Part shown: positions 43,868 through 56,324 of the stretch, piece after piece | Position numbering within the stretch: the first letter of the stretch is position 1 | Layout of the letters: each line of letters begins with the position of its first letter | NCBI GenBank assembly: GCA_963725865.1 | Contig: CAVSAC010000019.1 | Coordinates: 96,001-160,000, forward strand | Direction: 5' to 3' | From: Candidatus Eiseniibacteriota bacterium | Lineage (GTDB): Bacteria; Eisenbacteria; RBG-16-71-46 | Length of the DNA stretch: 64,000 nt | Made by a program: the position numbers and the translations under genes | Notes under the pieces: generated by a model | What the model was told of the DNA's origin: nothing | Seen by the model: the letters and a program-made list of their open reading frames with translations, nothing else | Database searches by the model: none

Positions 43868-44769
43868 GCCTTGGGTGCCTCGCGGTAGTCGTAGAATCCG
43901 CGACCGCTCTTGCGGCCGAGATGCCCCGCCTTGACCATCTTGCGCAGCAGCGGGCATGGGCGGTACTTCGAGTCGCCCAGGCCCTCGTGCAGCACCTCCA
44001 TGATCGACAGGCAGGTGTCGAGCCCGATCAGGTCCGCGAGCGCGAGCGGCCCCATGGGGTGGTTCATGCCCAGCTTCATCACCGTGTCGATCGCCTCCTT
44101 GGTCGCCACGCCCTCCATCAGCGTGTAGACCGCCTCGTTGATCATCGGCATCAGGATGCGGTTCGAGATGAAGCCGGGATAGTCGTTGACCTCGACCGGC
44201 GTCTTGCCGAGGCGCTTCGCGAGGTCCTCGGTGAGCGCGCACGTGGCGTCGCTGGTGGCGAGGCCGCGGATGATCTCGACCAGCTGCATCACCGGCACCG
44301 GGTTCATGAAGTGCATGCCGATGACCTGATCGGGCCGCTTCGTGAACGCGGCGAGTTCGGTGATCGAGATGCTCGACGTGTTCGAGGCCAGCAGCGCGTG
44401 CGCTGGCGCGACGGCGTCGAGCTGCTGGAACAGCGTCTTCTTGACCGCGAGGTCCTCGGTCACCGCCTCGATCACCAGGTCGGCGTCGCGCGCGCCGTCG
44501 AGGCTGACCCCGCCCTGGATGCGCTGCAGGATGCCCTGCGACTTCTCGGGCGCCCACTCGAGCTTCTTGGCGACGCGCTCGAGGCTCTTGCCGATGGTGT
44601 TGAGCGCGCGCTCGACGAACTCCTGGCGCGCCTCGACGAGGCGCACCTCGAAGCCGTGGGTCGCGAACACCTGGGCGATGCCATTGCCCATGGTGCCGCC
44701 GCCCACCACCACGATCCGCTTCACCGCGGCCGACGGGCCGCTCGTCACTGCTTCGGTCGTCGCGCTCAT
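43864..44769 (-). CDS. hbd: 3-hydroxybutyryl-CoA dehydrogenase
   Basis: [55 protein letters not shown]. Confidence 0.93.
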   Translation of the reverse strand: MSATTEAVTSGPSAAVKRIVVVGGGTMGNGIAQVFATHGFEVRLVEARQEFVERALNTIGKSLERVAKKLEWAPEKSQGILQRIQGGVSLDGARDADLVIEAVTEDLAVKKTLFQQLDAVAPAHALLASNTSSISITELAAFTKRPDQVIGMHFMNPVPVMQLVEIIRGLATSDATCALTEDLAKRLGKTPVEVNDYPGFISNRILMPMINEAVYTLMEGVATKEAIDTVMKLGMNHPMGPLALADLIGLDTCLSIMEVLHEGLGDSKYRPCPLLRKMVKAGHLGRKSGRGFYDYREAPKA

Positions 44770-45959
44770 CCCACACGCTCCACCGCCAGCGCCACGGCGT
44801 TGCCGCCGCCAAGGCACAGCGTCGCGAGTCCGGTCTTGAGGCCGCGGTCCTTCAACGCGTAGAGCAGCGTCGTCAGGATGCGCGCGCCGGAGGCGCCGAT
44901 CGGATGCCCGAGGGCGACCGCTCCGCCGTTCACGTTGACGCGCTCCCAGTCCCAGCCGAGCGCCTTGCCGTCGGCGACCGCCTGGGCCGCGAACGCCTCG
45001 TTGGCCTCGATCAGGTCGAAGTGCCCGATCGACACGCCCATCTGCTTCATCAGCTTCTCGACCGCGACGATCGGCGCGAAGAACAGATCCTTCGGCTCGC
45101 CGCCCCCCGTCGCGTAGCCGGTGATGCGCGCCAGCGGCCGCGCGCCGGCCGCCTTCACGCGCTCACCGCTCATCACCACGAGCGCGGCGCCGCCGTCGTT
45201 GAGGCCCGGCGCGTTGCCGGCGGTGATCACGCCGCCCTTGTCACGCGTGACCGCGGGCAGCTTGGCGAGCGCCTCGATCGTGGTGTCGCCACGCACCGAC
45301 TCGTCCTTCGCGACCACGATCGGGTCGCCCTTGCGCTGCGGGATGCTGACCTTCGCCATCTCGGCGTCGAGCTTGCCGGCCGCCTGCGCCGCGGCGGCCT
45401 TCTGCTGGCTCTTCACCGAGAACGCGTCGATCTCGGCGCGCGTGAGCCCGGCCTTCTCGGCGGTGTACTGCGCCAGCTCGATCATGTGGCAGTCGTTGAA
45501 CGAGCACCACAGGCCGTCGAGCACCACGCCGTCCTTGAGCGTCCCGTCGCCGAGCTTCTGGCCGTTGCGCAGCGCGAACAGGTAGTGGGGCACGTTGCTC
45601 ATGCTCTCCTGCCCGCCCGCCACCACGCAGTTCGCGTCGCCGGCCTTGATCGCCTGCGCCGCGAGCATCACCGCCTTGAGCCCGGAGCCGCACACCTTGT
45701 TCACGGTCGTCGCTCCGACCGCCGGGTCGATGCCGGCCTTGATCTGCGCCTGGCGCGCCGGCGCCTGCCCCGACCCACCCTGGGCCACGTGGCCCATCAG
45801 CACCTCGTCGATGTCCTTGGGGCCGACGCCCGCGCGGGACATCGCCTCGCGGATGGCGATGGCGCCGAGGTCTGATGCCTTGAGCGGCGCGAGCGCGCCG
45901 AGGAACCGGCCGATGGGCGTGCGTGCGGCACCCACGATGAACACGTCGGGATAGGTCAT
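44766..45959 (-). CDS. Acetyl-CoA C-acetyltransferase (thiolase)
   Basis: [35 protein letters not shown]. Confidence 0.94.
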   Translation of the reverse strand: MTYPDVFIVGAARTPIGRFLGALAPLKASDLGAIAIREAMSRAGVGPKDIDEVLMGHVAQGGSGQAPARQAQIKAGIDPAVGATTVNKVCGSGLKAVMLAAQAIKAGDANCVVAGGQESMSNVPHYLFALRNGQKLGDGTLKDGVVLDGLWCSFNDCHMIELAQYTAEKAGLTRAEIDAFSVKSQQKAAAAQAAGKLDAEMAKVSIPQRKGDPIVVAKDESVRGDTTIEALAKLPAVTRDKGGVITAGNAPGLNDGGAALVVMSGERVKAAGARPLARITGYATGGGEPKDLFFAPIVAVEKLMKQMGVSIGHFDLIEANEAFAAQAVADGKALGWDWERVNVNGGAVALGHPIGASGARILTTLLYALKDRGLKTGLATLCLGGGNAVALAVERVG

Positions 45960-46106
45960 GGGAAAGCTCCCGCGATAGGTTCGAATGGGGTGGTCCGGAG
46001 CGCGGGGATACTACACGATGCGCGTGGGCGGTGGCAGGGCCGGAGTCGCCGCGGCGCGGCGGGGCCGCGCCGTCGTCCCGGACTGCGCCGCGTGAGCGCC
46101 CCGCGC

Positions 46107-46709
46107 CTACGCGGCGTGGGGCGTGGTGCCGTCGGAGCGCGAAATCGAGGACTCCGCGGGGAAGCTGTGGCGCTGGCGCAGGGTATTGACGAGCGTCGCG
46201 CACTCCTCGGGGCCGAGCGAGAAGCCGAAGCGGAGCGGGCGCCCGTCGGTCAGGATCAGGATGCCGCCGCCGCCCGCGCCGACGAGCTTGAGCGCCGTCC
46301 GCGCGACGTCGGGGATCGTGGCGCCGAGCGTGCGGATCCCACGCACCCGGTCGAACGGCACCCGCTTCCATCCGCCCAGACCGAAGACCTCGCGTCGCAC
46401 GCGGATCTCGTCCGCCGCCAGCACCAGTCGCTCGCGGCCGAACACCTGGAACATCACCGCGGCCATCGCGGCCAGACCGCCCACCGTCCAGAACAGCAGC
46501 CACAGTCCCAGGAACAGCTGAGCGGGCAGCGGCGTGTGGTCGGACAGCAACGCGTTGACGGCGAACACCTCGCCCGCCGACCAGCCCCAGAGCCACAGCG
46601 CCAGGAACAGCACGAGCGGCAGGCTGCGCGTGCCGGGCGCGATGATCTGATAGCCATCGGGCTCGTCGAGGATGGTGGCGCGCGGGGTGGGGCCGGCGAC
46701 GTCGCTCAT
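46107..46709 (-). CDS. Membrane hypothetical protein (two TM + bPH-like domain)
   Basis: Trp-rich TM pair (LWLWGW, WLLFWTVGG), GRERL; AGGAGG upstream of ATG 46709. Confidence 0.6.
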   Translation of the reverse strand: MSDVAGPTPRATILDEPDGYQIIAPGTRSLPLVLFLALWLWGWSAGEVFAVNALLSDHTPLPAQLFLGLWLLFWTVGGLAAMAAVMFQVFGRERLVLAADEIRVRREVFGLGGWKRVPFDRVRGIRTLGATIPDVARTALKLVGAGGGGILILTDGRPLRFGFSLGPEECATLVNTLRQRHSFPAESSISRSDGTTPHAA

Positions 46710-46818
46710 GGGGTCGATTCCTCCTGGGTGCGCACGCATCGTACACCCGGACCGCCCCGGTGATCGGCCGCGCGCGCGCCGGCAGTGAGCCGCGGCTCCG
46801 GCCGCCCGCCCGCGAGCC

Positions 46819-48003
46819 TCAGCGCGAGCGCACGATCGCGATGCTGGCGGTATGCCCGTGCAGCAGGTTGCGGTCGCCGACCGGCCCGAGCTCGCCGGCG
46901 CAGAACATGCCGGCCGCCGGGACGGCGCCCCCGAGCGCCGCCTGCAGCGGGCGGATGTCCCCGTCGGGCGCGTTGTAGAGGCCGGTGCCGCGCCCGTTGC
47001 ACGCGAACAGCAGCGCGGCGAGCGCGGGGCTGTCGAACTGCTGCGGCGAGAGCAGCATCTCGAGGTCCTCGCGCGCGGTCTCGGCGTCGCGCACGTGCAG
47101 GCGGATGCGCTCGTGGGCGGCGGCGCGGTCGCCGATCGCGAGGATGCCGCGATCGCGGTCGGCGCCGAGCAGGTTGCGGATCACGTAATCCCCGCGCCCC
47201 GAGGCATCGCCGCGCACCGGGCGTCCGATGTAGAGGCCGTTCTGCAGCCGCGCCCGTTCGGACTCGGGCAGCCCGCGCAGCACCTCCTCGGTGCGTTCGA
47301 GCGCCGGCCGCCCGTCGAGCGTCAGGATCAGGTTGTGCTCGGCTTCGGTGATCTCGAGCGACGGCCCGACCGGCCGGCAACCCTGCGAAACGATCACGTC
47401 GACGCGCAGCGCGCCCTTGAGCGCGATCGCGACACCGCCCGAGTCGCTCACCCAGTCGTTGAGCATCAGCGTGTTGCCGTTCGGCCGCAGCGCCGCGCTC
47501 GCGAGTCCGCCCACGACGCGGGTGCCGGGGGCGTGGCGCTGGAACGCCGCCAGCACGCTCTCGATGTCGAGCGAGAACGGATCGCCGAGCATCAGCACCA
47601 GCTCGGCGCCCTTCGCCTGAGGCGCCAGTTCGGCGAACACGCCGGGATTCTCGTAGGCGTCGGCCCACGCCTCACCCACCAGCACGAACGGGTGCACCGC
47701 GACGCCCGGCAGGCGCGCCGCGAGGATCGAGAGCGCGGGCTCGGCCTCGACCTCGTGAGTCATCGTGACGATGCCGCGAGCGGAGCCGCCCATCAGCGCC
47801 GCGGGCGCGAGGCGGCGGCGCACCGTGGTGGCGATCGCCTCGGTGTGCGCGACGTGGTGCGCAGACAGGAACACCAGCGCCAGGTCGACCGCGCCCTCGC
47901 CCAGTCGCGTGACGATCGCCCCGCACGCCTCCTGCGCCGCCGTCGCGGAGTCGGTGGAACGCGAGTCCGCGGAGGCCCAGCGCATGGCCGGGACGTCGTT
48001 CAT
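46819..48003 (-). CDS. FIST N/C domain signal-sensing protein
   Basis: DPFS, VGGLAS, SQGCRPVG, LFACNGRG, GMFCAGELGP..LHGHTA. Confidence 0.88.
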   Translation of the reverse strand: MNDVPAMRWASADSRSTDSATAAQEACGAIVTRLGEGAVDLALVFLSAHHVAHTEAIATTVRRRLAPAALMGGSARGIVTMTHEVEAEPALSILAARLPGVAVHPFVLVGEAWADAYENPGVFAELAPQAKGAELVLMLGDPFSLDIESVLAAFQRHAPGTRVVGGLASAALRPNGNTLMLNDWVSDSGGVAIALKGALRVDVIVSQGCRPVGPSLEITEAEHNLILTLDGRPALERTEEVLRGLPESERARLQNGLYIGRPVRGDASGRGDYVIRNLLGADRDRGILAIGDRAAAHERIRLHVRDAETAREDLEMLLSPQQFDSPALAALLFACNGRGTGLYNAPDGDIRPLQAALGGAVPAAGMFCAGELGPVGDRNLLHGHTASIAIVRSR

Positions 48004-48010
48004 CGCGCGC

Positions 48011-49153
48011 TCACACGTGCTTCAGGATCTCGCGCGCGATGACGAGGCGCTGGATCTCGCTGGTGCCCTCGCCGATCTCCATCAGCTTCGCGTCGCGATG
48101 CATGCGCTCGACCGGCACGTCGCGGCAGTAGCCCATGCCGCCGTGGATCTGAATCGCTTTGTCGGTCACCCAGTTCCCGGTCTCGCTCGCGAACAGCTTC
48201 GCCATCGAGGCCTCCTTCGAGAACGGCTGGCCCGCGTCCTTGAGCATCGCCGCGTGATAGACCAGCAGGCGCGCGGCCTCGATGCGGGTCGCCATGTCGG
48301 CGAGCATGAACTGGATCGCCTGGAAGTCGGCGATCGGCTTGCCGAACTGGTGGCGCTCCTTGGCGTATCGCAGGCTGTGCTCGTAGGCGCCCTGGGCGAG
48401 GCCCAGCGCGAGCGCGCCGATCGAGATGCGGCCGCCGGTGAGCGTGTTCATGAACGCCGTGAACCCGCCGGTCTGCTCGCCGATCATGTTCGCTTCGGGC
48501 ACGAACACGTCCTCGAACACGGTCTCGACCGTGTCGGAACCGTGGAGGCCCATCTTCTTCTCGCGCTTGCCGACCGAGAAGCCCGGCGCGCTGGTCTCGA
48601 TGATGAACGCCGTGATCCCCTTGGTGCCCTTGGACGCGTCGGTGCGCGCGGTGAACGTGATGTAGGTCGCCACGCTGCCGTTGGTGATGTAGATCTTCGA
48701 GCCATTCACGCGCCAGCCACCGGCGACCTTCTCGGCGCGCGTCTTGGTCCCGGCGGCGTCCGAGCCGGCGCCGGACTCGGTGAGGCCGAACGCGCCGATC
48801 GCCTCGCCCTTCGCCATCGGCACGAGGTACTTCAGCTTCTGCTCCTCGCTGCCGGCGCCGTAGACCGGCCCGCAGCCGAGCGAGACGTGGGCCGCCAGCG
48901 TGATGGCGGTGGAGCCGCACCAGCGCGCGATCTCCTCGACCGCGATCGCGTAGGCGAGCGTGTCCATCCCCGCACCGCCGTACTTCTCGGGGTACGGCAG
49001 GCCGAGGAATCCCAGCTCGGCCATCGCCTTCAGCAGGTCGTGCGGGAACTCCTCGGTCTCGTCCAGATCGCGCGCGCGCGGGGCCACCACCTCGTCGGCG
49101 AAGCGGCGCGCCATCTCGCGCACCTGGAGGTGCTCCTCCTTCAGGAACAGCAT
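48011..49153 (-). CDS. Acyl-CoA dehydrogenase
   Basis: [46 protein letters not shown]. Confidence 0.93.
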   Translation of the reverse strand: MLFLKEEHLQVREMARRFADEVVAPRARDLDETEEFPHDLLKAMAELGFLGLPYPEKYGGAGMDTLAYAIAVEEIARWCGSTAITLAAHVSLGCGPVYGAGSEEQKLKYLVPMAKGEAIGAFGLTESGAGSDAAGTKTRAEKVAGGWRVNGSKIYITNGSVATYITFTARTDASKGTKGITAFIIETSAPGFSVGKREKKMGLHGSDTVETVFEDVFVPEANMIGEQTGGFTAFMNTLTGGRISIGALALGLAQGAYEHSLRYAKERHQFGKPIADFQAIQFMLADMATRIEAARLLVYHAAMLKDAGQPFSKEASMAKLFASETGNWVTDKAIQIHGGMGYCRDVPVERMHRDAKLMEIGEGTSEIQRLVIAREILKHV

Positions 49154-49352
49154 GCGGGGTCGGGCTCCATGGTGTGGGTTCACGCGGGAACGCCCGCATG
49201 GCGGCGGCGTGCGACGGGACGGCGGGTGCGGATCGAGCGCAGGGACTCTACCCGATGCGGCCGGAAGCGCGGAAGCGACTCCGGCGGGCACGGGGCCCGG
49301 CGGTCCGTCCCGTGCGGACGCCGAGCTCCGAGGTCTCAGTCGCGATCGTGGC

Positions 49353-50096
49353 TCAAGGCCGCCCGGGGCGTGGCTTCGCCGCGGGCGCCCCGCGTGCTTC
49401 GGACTCGTACCGGTGGGCGGGGCCGAGTGCGAGCCGCGTGTCCTCGTCGAGGTCACCGGAGAGATGATGCAGGCGCTCGATCACCAGCAGCCCGGTGGTA
49501 CGACCCGCCATCCGCCACCAGGTCGTGGGCCGCGCGTTCGTCGCGACCTTGCCGTCGCGCGCCTGGCTCGCGCTGCCCGCCTCGAGGCCGAATGCGGTCT
49601 CGACCGGAAGCGGCCGCGCGCCGGCAGCGACCGCCTTCGGCGAGAGCGCGGCGACCAGAACGCGGAGCCCCAGCTGCCCCGAGCCATCCCGAGGCAACTC
49701 GTCCACCGTCACCTGGATGCTCCACGCCCCGTAGCCGCCGGTGCCCTCGATCAGGCGGAAGTGGGCGGCCACCGGCAGGCTGGCGACCGGATGGCCGCCA
49801 CGCTCCCGCTCGGTGGCGTACGCGCCTTCGGCGAACGCGCCGCGGAACGAGCCCATGAACGCGCGCTTGAGCGAGTCGGCCGGCTGCGCGCCCGGCACTC
49901 CGCCGTTGACCTCCAGCGACGACAGCCACGCCAGGTTCGGCGCCCCCGGCGGCGGCGGGACGGTGTCGGCGATGGTGGTGGCGGGCAGCGGCGCACGGAC
50001 ATCCGCGGTCCCTGGCGCGGGCGTGCGCGTCTGCGAGCGCGCGAACGGCGCCGCGAGGAGCAGCCCGAGTAGCGTCATCGCGAGGCAGCGCTTCAT
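49353..50096 (-). CDS. Secreted hypothetical protein
   Basis: Signal peptide [29 protein letters not shown]. Confidence 0.55.
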   Translation of the reverse strand: MKRCLAMTLLGLLLAAPFARSQTRTPAPGTADVRAPLPATTIADTVPPPPGAPNLAWLSSLEVNGGVPGAQPADSLKRAFMGSFRGAFAEGAYATERERGGHPVASLPVAAHFRLIEGTGGYGAWSIQVTVDELPRDGSGQLGLRVLVAALSPKAVAAGARPLPVETAFGLEAGSASQARDGKVATNARPTTWWRMAGRTTGLLVIERLHHLSGDLDEDTRLALGPAHRYESEARGAPAAKPRPGRP

Positions 50097-50111
50097 GACA
50101 GCCTCCACCTG

Positions 50112-50336
50112 CTAGTGCGGTAGGGAATCCACCTGCGCGTTCAGCTTCGCCGCCGCGTCGGCGGCGTTGTCGGATGCCTTCAGCGCCGCGCCCACGCCCG
50201 CGGCGCCGGGGATCGGCTCCTTCGCCAGGATGCTGTCGCGCTGGCGCTCGGTCAGCTCCTTCTGCTCGGCCGGTTGCTGCCTGGAGCAGCCCGCGAGCGC
50301 GAACAGCGCCACCACGACGAACATGGTCTTCCTCAT
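50112..50336 (-). CDS. Small lipoprotein
   Basis: Lipobox LAGC; LTERQRDS..IPGAAGVG.AL. Confidence 0.65.
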   Translation of the reverse strand: MRKTMFVVVALFALAGCSRQQPAEQKELTERQRDSILAKEPIPGAAGVGAALKASDNAADAAAKLNAQVDSLPH

Positions 50337-50950
50337 GACGGACTCCCTTCCGGTTCGAGCGGCGCGCTCTCCACCAGCCGCCGGCCCGCGGCGCGCGCCC
50401 GCGCGAGCAACGCGGCGTCGCGCATGACGCTGCCCAGCTCCACGTCGTCGTGCTGCCACGCGATGGTCTCCTCCCACTTCGCCCCCACCCACTTCAGGAA
50501 CCCCCGCACGCTGCGCTCGGCCAGGTCGTAGCGGTGCTTCGAGTCGCACGCCGTCACGAACATGCCGCGGCGGGTGCGCTCCCAGCGCGGCCGGGTGTCG
50601 AACGTGCCGTCGCGCAGCCGCACCAGCGGCGTCACGCAGTTGCAGCGGTCCATCACCTGCTTGAGCGGACCGCTCACGGAGTCGAAGTAGATCGGCGAGC
50701 CCACCACCACCGCGTGCGCGGCCTCGAGCAGCGCGTACACGCGATCCATGTCGTCGCGGAAGATGCACAGGCCGTCCGTCGGCTCGGGACCGCAGGCCAT
50801 GCACGGCATGATCTTCAGGTTCACGCACCGGATGTGCTCCGCGTAGCCGCCAGCCTCGACCGCCCCCGCCATCACCTCGGCGAGCAGACGATCCACGCTG
50901 CTGTCGCGCAGCGGGCTGCCATTGAGCGCGAGCAGCAGTCGTGCGCTCAT
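50333..50950 (-). CDS. Flavodoxin-fold / iron-sulfur flavoprotein family protein
   Basis: [35 protein letters not shown]. Confidence 0.82.
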   Translation of the reverse strand: MSARLLLALNGSPLRDSSVDRLLAEVMAGAVEAGGYAEHIRCVNLKIMPCMACGPEPTDGLCIFRDDMDRVYALLEAAHAVVVGSPIYFDSVSGPLKQVMDRCNCVTPLVRLRDGTFDTRPRWERTRRGMFVTACDSKHRYDLAERSVRGFLKWVGAKWEETIAWQHDDVELGSVMRDAALLARARAAGRRLVESAPLEPEGSPS

Positions 50951-51696
50951 CGCTTCCGCTTCGCGCCCGCCCGGCCCGCGCGCTTCGCGGCCGGCTTCGC
51001 GACCCGGCGCGCCGGCTTCGCCCGGACGCGCGCGCCCTTCGCACGCGTGCGGACCGCCGCCTTCGGTCGCGCCTTTGCCCGCGGCCGTGCCTTGGGCCTG
51101 GGCTTCGACTTCGGCTTCGGCTTCGACTTCGGATTCGACTTGGCCTTCGCGCGGGCGGGCTTCGCTGCGGCGCGCGCGGCCGGCTTCGGAGCGCGATGGT
51201 GGCGCCGCTCCGCCGCGGTCGCCAACGGGAACGCCGCGCCGCCGGACGGCGCGCTCAGGGCCGGCCGCGCGGGCAGCGGCGCGAGCACGTCGGCGCCGAA
51301 GCGCTCCGCGAACCACGCGCGGATGTAGACGACGATGTCCTCGGTCGAGGAGCCGGGGCCGAACAGCCGGCCGATGCCCGCCTGCGCCAGCGCCTCCATG
51401 TCGTCGGGCGGGATGATGCCGCCGCCGGTCAGCAGCTTGTCGCCGATCCCGCGCTCCGCCATCAGGCCCTGCACCGCGGGGAACAGCGTCATGTGCGCGC
51501 CGGAGAGGATGGAGAGCGCGACCACGTCGACATCCTCCTGCACCGCCGCCTCGACGATCTGCTCGGCGGTCTGGTGCAGGCCGGTGTAGATGACCTCCAT
51601 GCCGGCGTCGCGCAGCGCGGCCGCCACCACCTTGGCGCCGCGATCGTGCCCGTCCAGGCCCGGCTTGCCCACCAGCACTCGGATCTTGCGTTGCAT
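50947..51696 (-). CDS. Acyl-CoA mutase cobalamin-binding (small) subunit with a basic low-complexity tail
   Basis: [10 protein letters not shown] (DxHxxG), SILSGAH, GGIIP, FGPGS; about 110-aa C-terminal extension, mostly K/R/A/P. Confidence 0.9.
   Translation of the reverse strand: MQRKIRVLVGKPGLDGHDRGAKVVAAALRDAGMEVIYTGLHQTAEQIVEAAVQEDVDVVALSILSGAHMTLFPAVQGLMAERGIGDKLLTGGGIIPPDDMEALAQAGIGRLFGPGSSTEDIVVYIRAWFAERFGADVLAPLPARPALSAPSGGAAFPLATAAERRHHRAPKPAARAAAKPARAKAKSNPKSKPKPKSKPRPKARPRAKARPKAAVRTRAKGARVRAKPARRVAKPAAKRAGRAGAKRKR
51101..51141. repeat. 6-bp-period coding repeat (KP/KS) in the basic tail
   Basis: GGCTTCGACTTCGGCTTCGGCTTCGACTTCGGATTCGACTT. Confidence 0.6.
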
Positions 51697-51740
51697 GCGA
51701 CTCGGCTCTCCTTCCGTGATCCGTCGCCGTGCGGCGCGGA

Positions 51741-52454
51741 TCAGCGTTCGGTCTCCTGGATGCCTTCCACGTCGGGCATGTTCGCCAGTTCCTCGAGCGT
51801 CTCCTCGTAGGCGCGGCGCGCTTCCGCGTACTGCTCGTCGGGGACCGCGACGGGCTTGCCGTCGTCGTCGAGCGGGCGCCGGATGATGCCACCCGACTGC
51901 AGCATCTCCAGCGCGATGTTCGCCGACTCCGGAGTCTCGAACGGGTGGGCCTGATACTCCCCGTCGCGCCCCAGCAGCTCCAACCGCCACGGGTCGACGT
52001 CGGGCGCGCCGCGCACCACGCGGCCGGCGGTGAAGTCACCGGCGTCGAGCTGCACCCCCGGCATGCCGCCACCCTCGCCGCCGCGGCGAGCGGTCGCGAT
52101 GATCTGGTCGCGCACGTCCTCCCAGCGCACCTGGCCCGAGGCGATCGCGGCATGCGCCTCGCCGAGCGGCAGGATGCGTACGTCGGCGCCCATCGGCATG
52201 AACACCTGGCCGGTCGAGGTCACCGCCAGCACCGCGCCCTGCTCGGGCTCGCCCTCGTCGGCGTCGAGCAGGTCCTCGAACTCGACGGGCTCCTCGTTCG
52301 ATTCCGCCGTTTCCGGCTCGTCGGCCGGCGCGGGCGCGGGCCGCTCAGCGGGCGTGGTGGCGTCCGGCGCGCCGCCGGTGGCCCGGCGCAGGAGTACCGT
52401 CACCACCGCCATCACGGCGGCGGCACCCAGCAGCGGGATCCACGGAAAGGTCAT
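51741..52454 (-). CDS. Membrane-anchored acidic hypothetical protein
   Basis: N-terminal TM and an acidic body; sits between the mutase large and small subunit genes. Confidence 0.6.
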   Translation of the reverse strand: MTFPWIPLLGAAAVMAVVTVLLRRATGGAPDATTPAERPAPAPADEPETAESNEEPVEFEDLLDADEGEPEQGAVLAVTSTGQVFMPMGADVRILPLGEAHAAIASGQVRWEDVRDQIIATARRGGEGGGMPGVQLDAGDFTAGRVVRGAPDVDPWRLELLGRDGEYQAHPFETPESANIALEMLQSGGIIRRPLDDDGKPVAVPDEQYAEARRAYEETLEELANMPDVEGIQETER

Positions 52455-52466
52455 CGACCGCCTCGC

Positions 52467-54230
<1,764 letters not shown>

Positions 54231-54276
54231 GGTGTCTCCTTGGGCGGCGGCCGGTCGATGGGCGATGGACCGCGCG

Positions 54277-54306
54277 AGAGTACGGGGGCGCTCCGAAGGC
54301 GGTCAA
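54277..54306 (-). promoter_or_regulatory. Putative sigma70 promoter TTGACC-N18-TACTCT
   Basis: About 45 bp upstream of the icmA-type GTG. Confidence 0.5.
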
Positions 54307-54400
54307 GAACCACGCGCGGGCGCTGCCGGGGCGCGGCGCCGGCGAGCTCCTCGCCCGGCGGGCGCTGCCGCCGACCGTGCCCCGCGCGCAGGCCGCGGAC

Positions 54401-56164
54401 TCAGTGCACGACCAGCACGCGCCCCGCGCGCGTGGCGCGCGGAGTCGAGAGCCGTGCGAAGTAGAGCCCCGCCGCGAGCTCCCGCGTGCCCGCCAGCGCC
54501 AGGTCGCGCTCGCCCGCGGCCGGCATGTCGACCCGCGCGCTCGCCTGCCGGCGCCCGGCGAGGTCGAACAGCTCGAGCCGCGCCGCGCCCGCCTCCGGCA
54601 GCGCGATGCGCGCGCGCACCCCCTCGCCCGGCACGTAGCGCAGGCCGCTCAGGGCCAGCGCCGGCGCGGCCACCGGCGCCGCGGTCACCTCGCCAGCCGC
54701 GGTGAAGCGGCGCGCGAACAGCCCGAACCGCTCGCGCTCCTGCGACCAGAAGAACACCGCGCCGCCATCGCGGGTGGGCGCGAGCGCGATGTCGCCGTAC
54801 CACGTCACCACCGGGTTGTCGTGCGTCTCGAGCAGCAGCGCGCTCGAGCCATCGGGCACGTGGCGGACCTGGAGCATCGCGTAGGGCGAGAACGGACCGA
54901 ACGGCCCGTAAGGCCAGAACGACGCGACGAACATGCCGCCGGCGCCGTCGGTCACGGTCTCGTGCCCGGGCGAGATCACGTCGGTGGTGAGCGACGAGCT
55001 GGACACGCCGGTCGGGCCGAAACTCTGGTAGTGCTGGATCAGCGGCGAATCCGTGTACAGGATCGGCGAGGCCGCGACCGCGCCCTCGTGCCCATCGGAC
55101 ATCACGCGCAGCGAGCCATCGACCGACGCGTCGGCGAAGGTCCAGCCGGTGACCGGGCCGCCCGCCGGCCAGCCCGGATCGGGCGAGCCATCGCCGAGCC
55201 GCCGATCGAGGCGGGCCTGACCGATCGATTGGAAGAACATCGCGGACGGATCGTTCGAGTACACGAACACGCCCCCGCGATCGTCGGACGAGATCGCGAC
55301 CTGGCTGGCCGGAACCTGCATGTTCACGTAGTCGTCCGACGTGAACGCGAACGGGCGCACCGGCAGTCCCTCCGGCGCCCAGCCCGCGGCGAGCGTGCCG
55401 TCGGGATCCAGTCGGAGCAACTGGTAGCCGCTCGGGATCGTGGCGACGTCGCTGCTCCAGAGCGCCCACGCGACGAACACGCCGCGGTCCGGGGCGAGTG
55501 CCAGCTGCGGCCAGGTCTCCAGCGTGAGAATGCTGGTGGAGCCCACCACCTCGCGCTGGCCGGTGGCCGGCCAGCCGCCGGCACCGAGCCCGTCGGTGCC
55601 GAGGTGCGCCGCCCGCACGCGCCAGGGATCGTCACCAAGACCGACATCCACGACCCACGCGGCGTAGAACCCGTGCGCGCCGTCCTCGATCACGCTCGGC
55701 CGCGGCTGGAAGGCCGCCATCATGCCGAGCGCGCGCCCGCGCGCGAGCCAGCCCGGCGCGACGACGCCATCGGCGCCGAGGCGGGTCGCGAACAGCGAGC
55801 GATTCTCCATCCACCACACGTAGAGCCCGCCGACGTGATCCGGCAACGCGCCCGTCTGGGTGCGCGAGATCGACACGTCGCACACCGGAGCGCCCGTGGC
55901 GGGCCACGCGGGATCGACGTCGCCGGTGGCGAGCAGGTGCTGCGCGCGCAGCACGCCGGGACTGCCGCTCAGCGGTGCCTCCTGCCACACCACGAACGTG
56001 CCGGATCCGCCATCGGAGCACGCGACGAGCGGTGCGAGGTGCGACGAGGTGGCGAGCACGGTCGCGCCGTCGACCTGCCAGCCGGCACGCGCGGAGGACG
56101 TCGAGACGAGGAGCGAGAGCGCGAGCAGGGCGAGCGCGCGCGGGATGATCCGACCAGCGTTCAT
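54401..56164 (-). CDS. Secreted WPxxG/DGxGG-repeat protein with T9SS-CTD-like C-terminus
   Basis: Signal peptide ending SARA; ACSDGGSGTFVVW, GDVDPAWP; C-terminal LELFDLAGRR..GLYFARL..RVLVVH. Confidence 0.8.
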   Translation of the reverse strand: MNAGRIIPRALALLALSLLVSTSSARAGWQVDGATVLATSSHLAPLVACSDGGSGTFVVWQEAPLSGSPGVLRAQHLLATGDVDPAWPATGAPVCDVSISRTQTGALPDHVGGLYVWWMENRSLFATRLGADGVVAPGWLARGRALGMMAAFQPRPSVIEDGAHGFYAAWVVDVGLGDDPWRVRAAHLGTDGLGAGGWPATGQREVVGSTSILTLETWPQLALAPDRGVFVAWALWSSDVATIPSGYQLLRLDPDGTLAAGWAPEGLPVRPFAFTSDDYVNMQVPASQVAISSDDRGGVFVYSNDPSAMFFQSIGQARLDRRLGDGSPDPGWPAGGPVTGWTFADASVDGSLRVMSDGHEGAVAASPILYTDSPLIQHYQSFGPTGVSSSSLTTDVISPGHETVTDGAGGMFVASFWPYGPFGPFSPYAMLQVRHVPDGSSALLLETHDNPVVTWYGDIALAPTRDGGAVFFWSQERERFGLFARRFTAAGEVTAAPVAAPALALSGLRYVPGEGVRARIALPEAGAARLELFDLAGRRQASARVDMPAAGERDLALAGTRELAAGLYFARLSTPRATRAGRVLVVH

Positions 56165-56324
56165 GGCCACCTCCGGCAGCGAGTTCCGTGGGCAAGGCCT
56201 GGGGGACAGGCGAGCGGCCGCTCATCAGTATGGGCACGCCGGTAGCGGTCGGGAAGCGGAAAGCCCTGATGCATCGGCGGTGTCGACCGGGCGATTGGCC
56301 GCGGGAATTCGACCCGACGCGCGC

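Noticed and set aside
45960..46106. Intergenic regions checked for tRNA, SRP RNA or a cobalamin riboswitch (also 49154-49352, 54231-54400)
   Set aside because: No cloverleaf, SRP or B12-box signatures recognised by eye; an Rfam/Infernal scan would be needed to exclude them.
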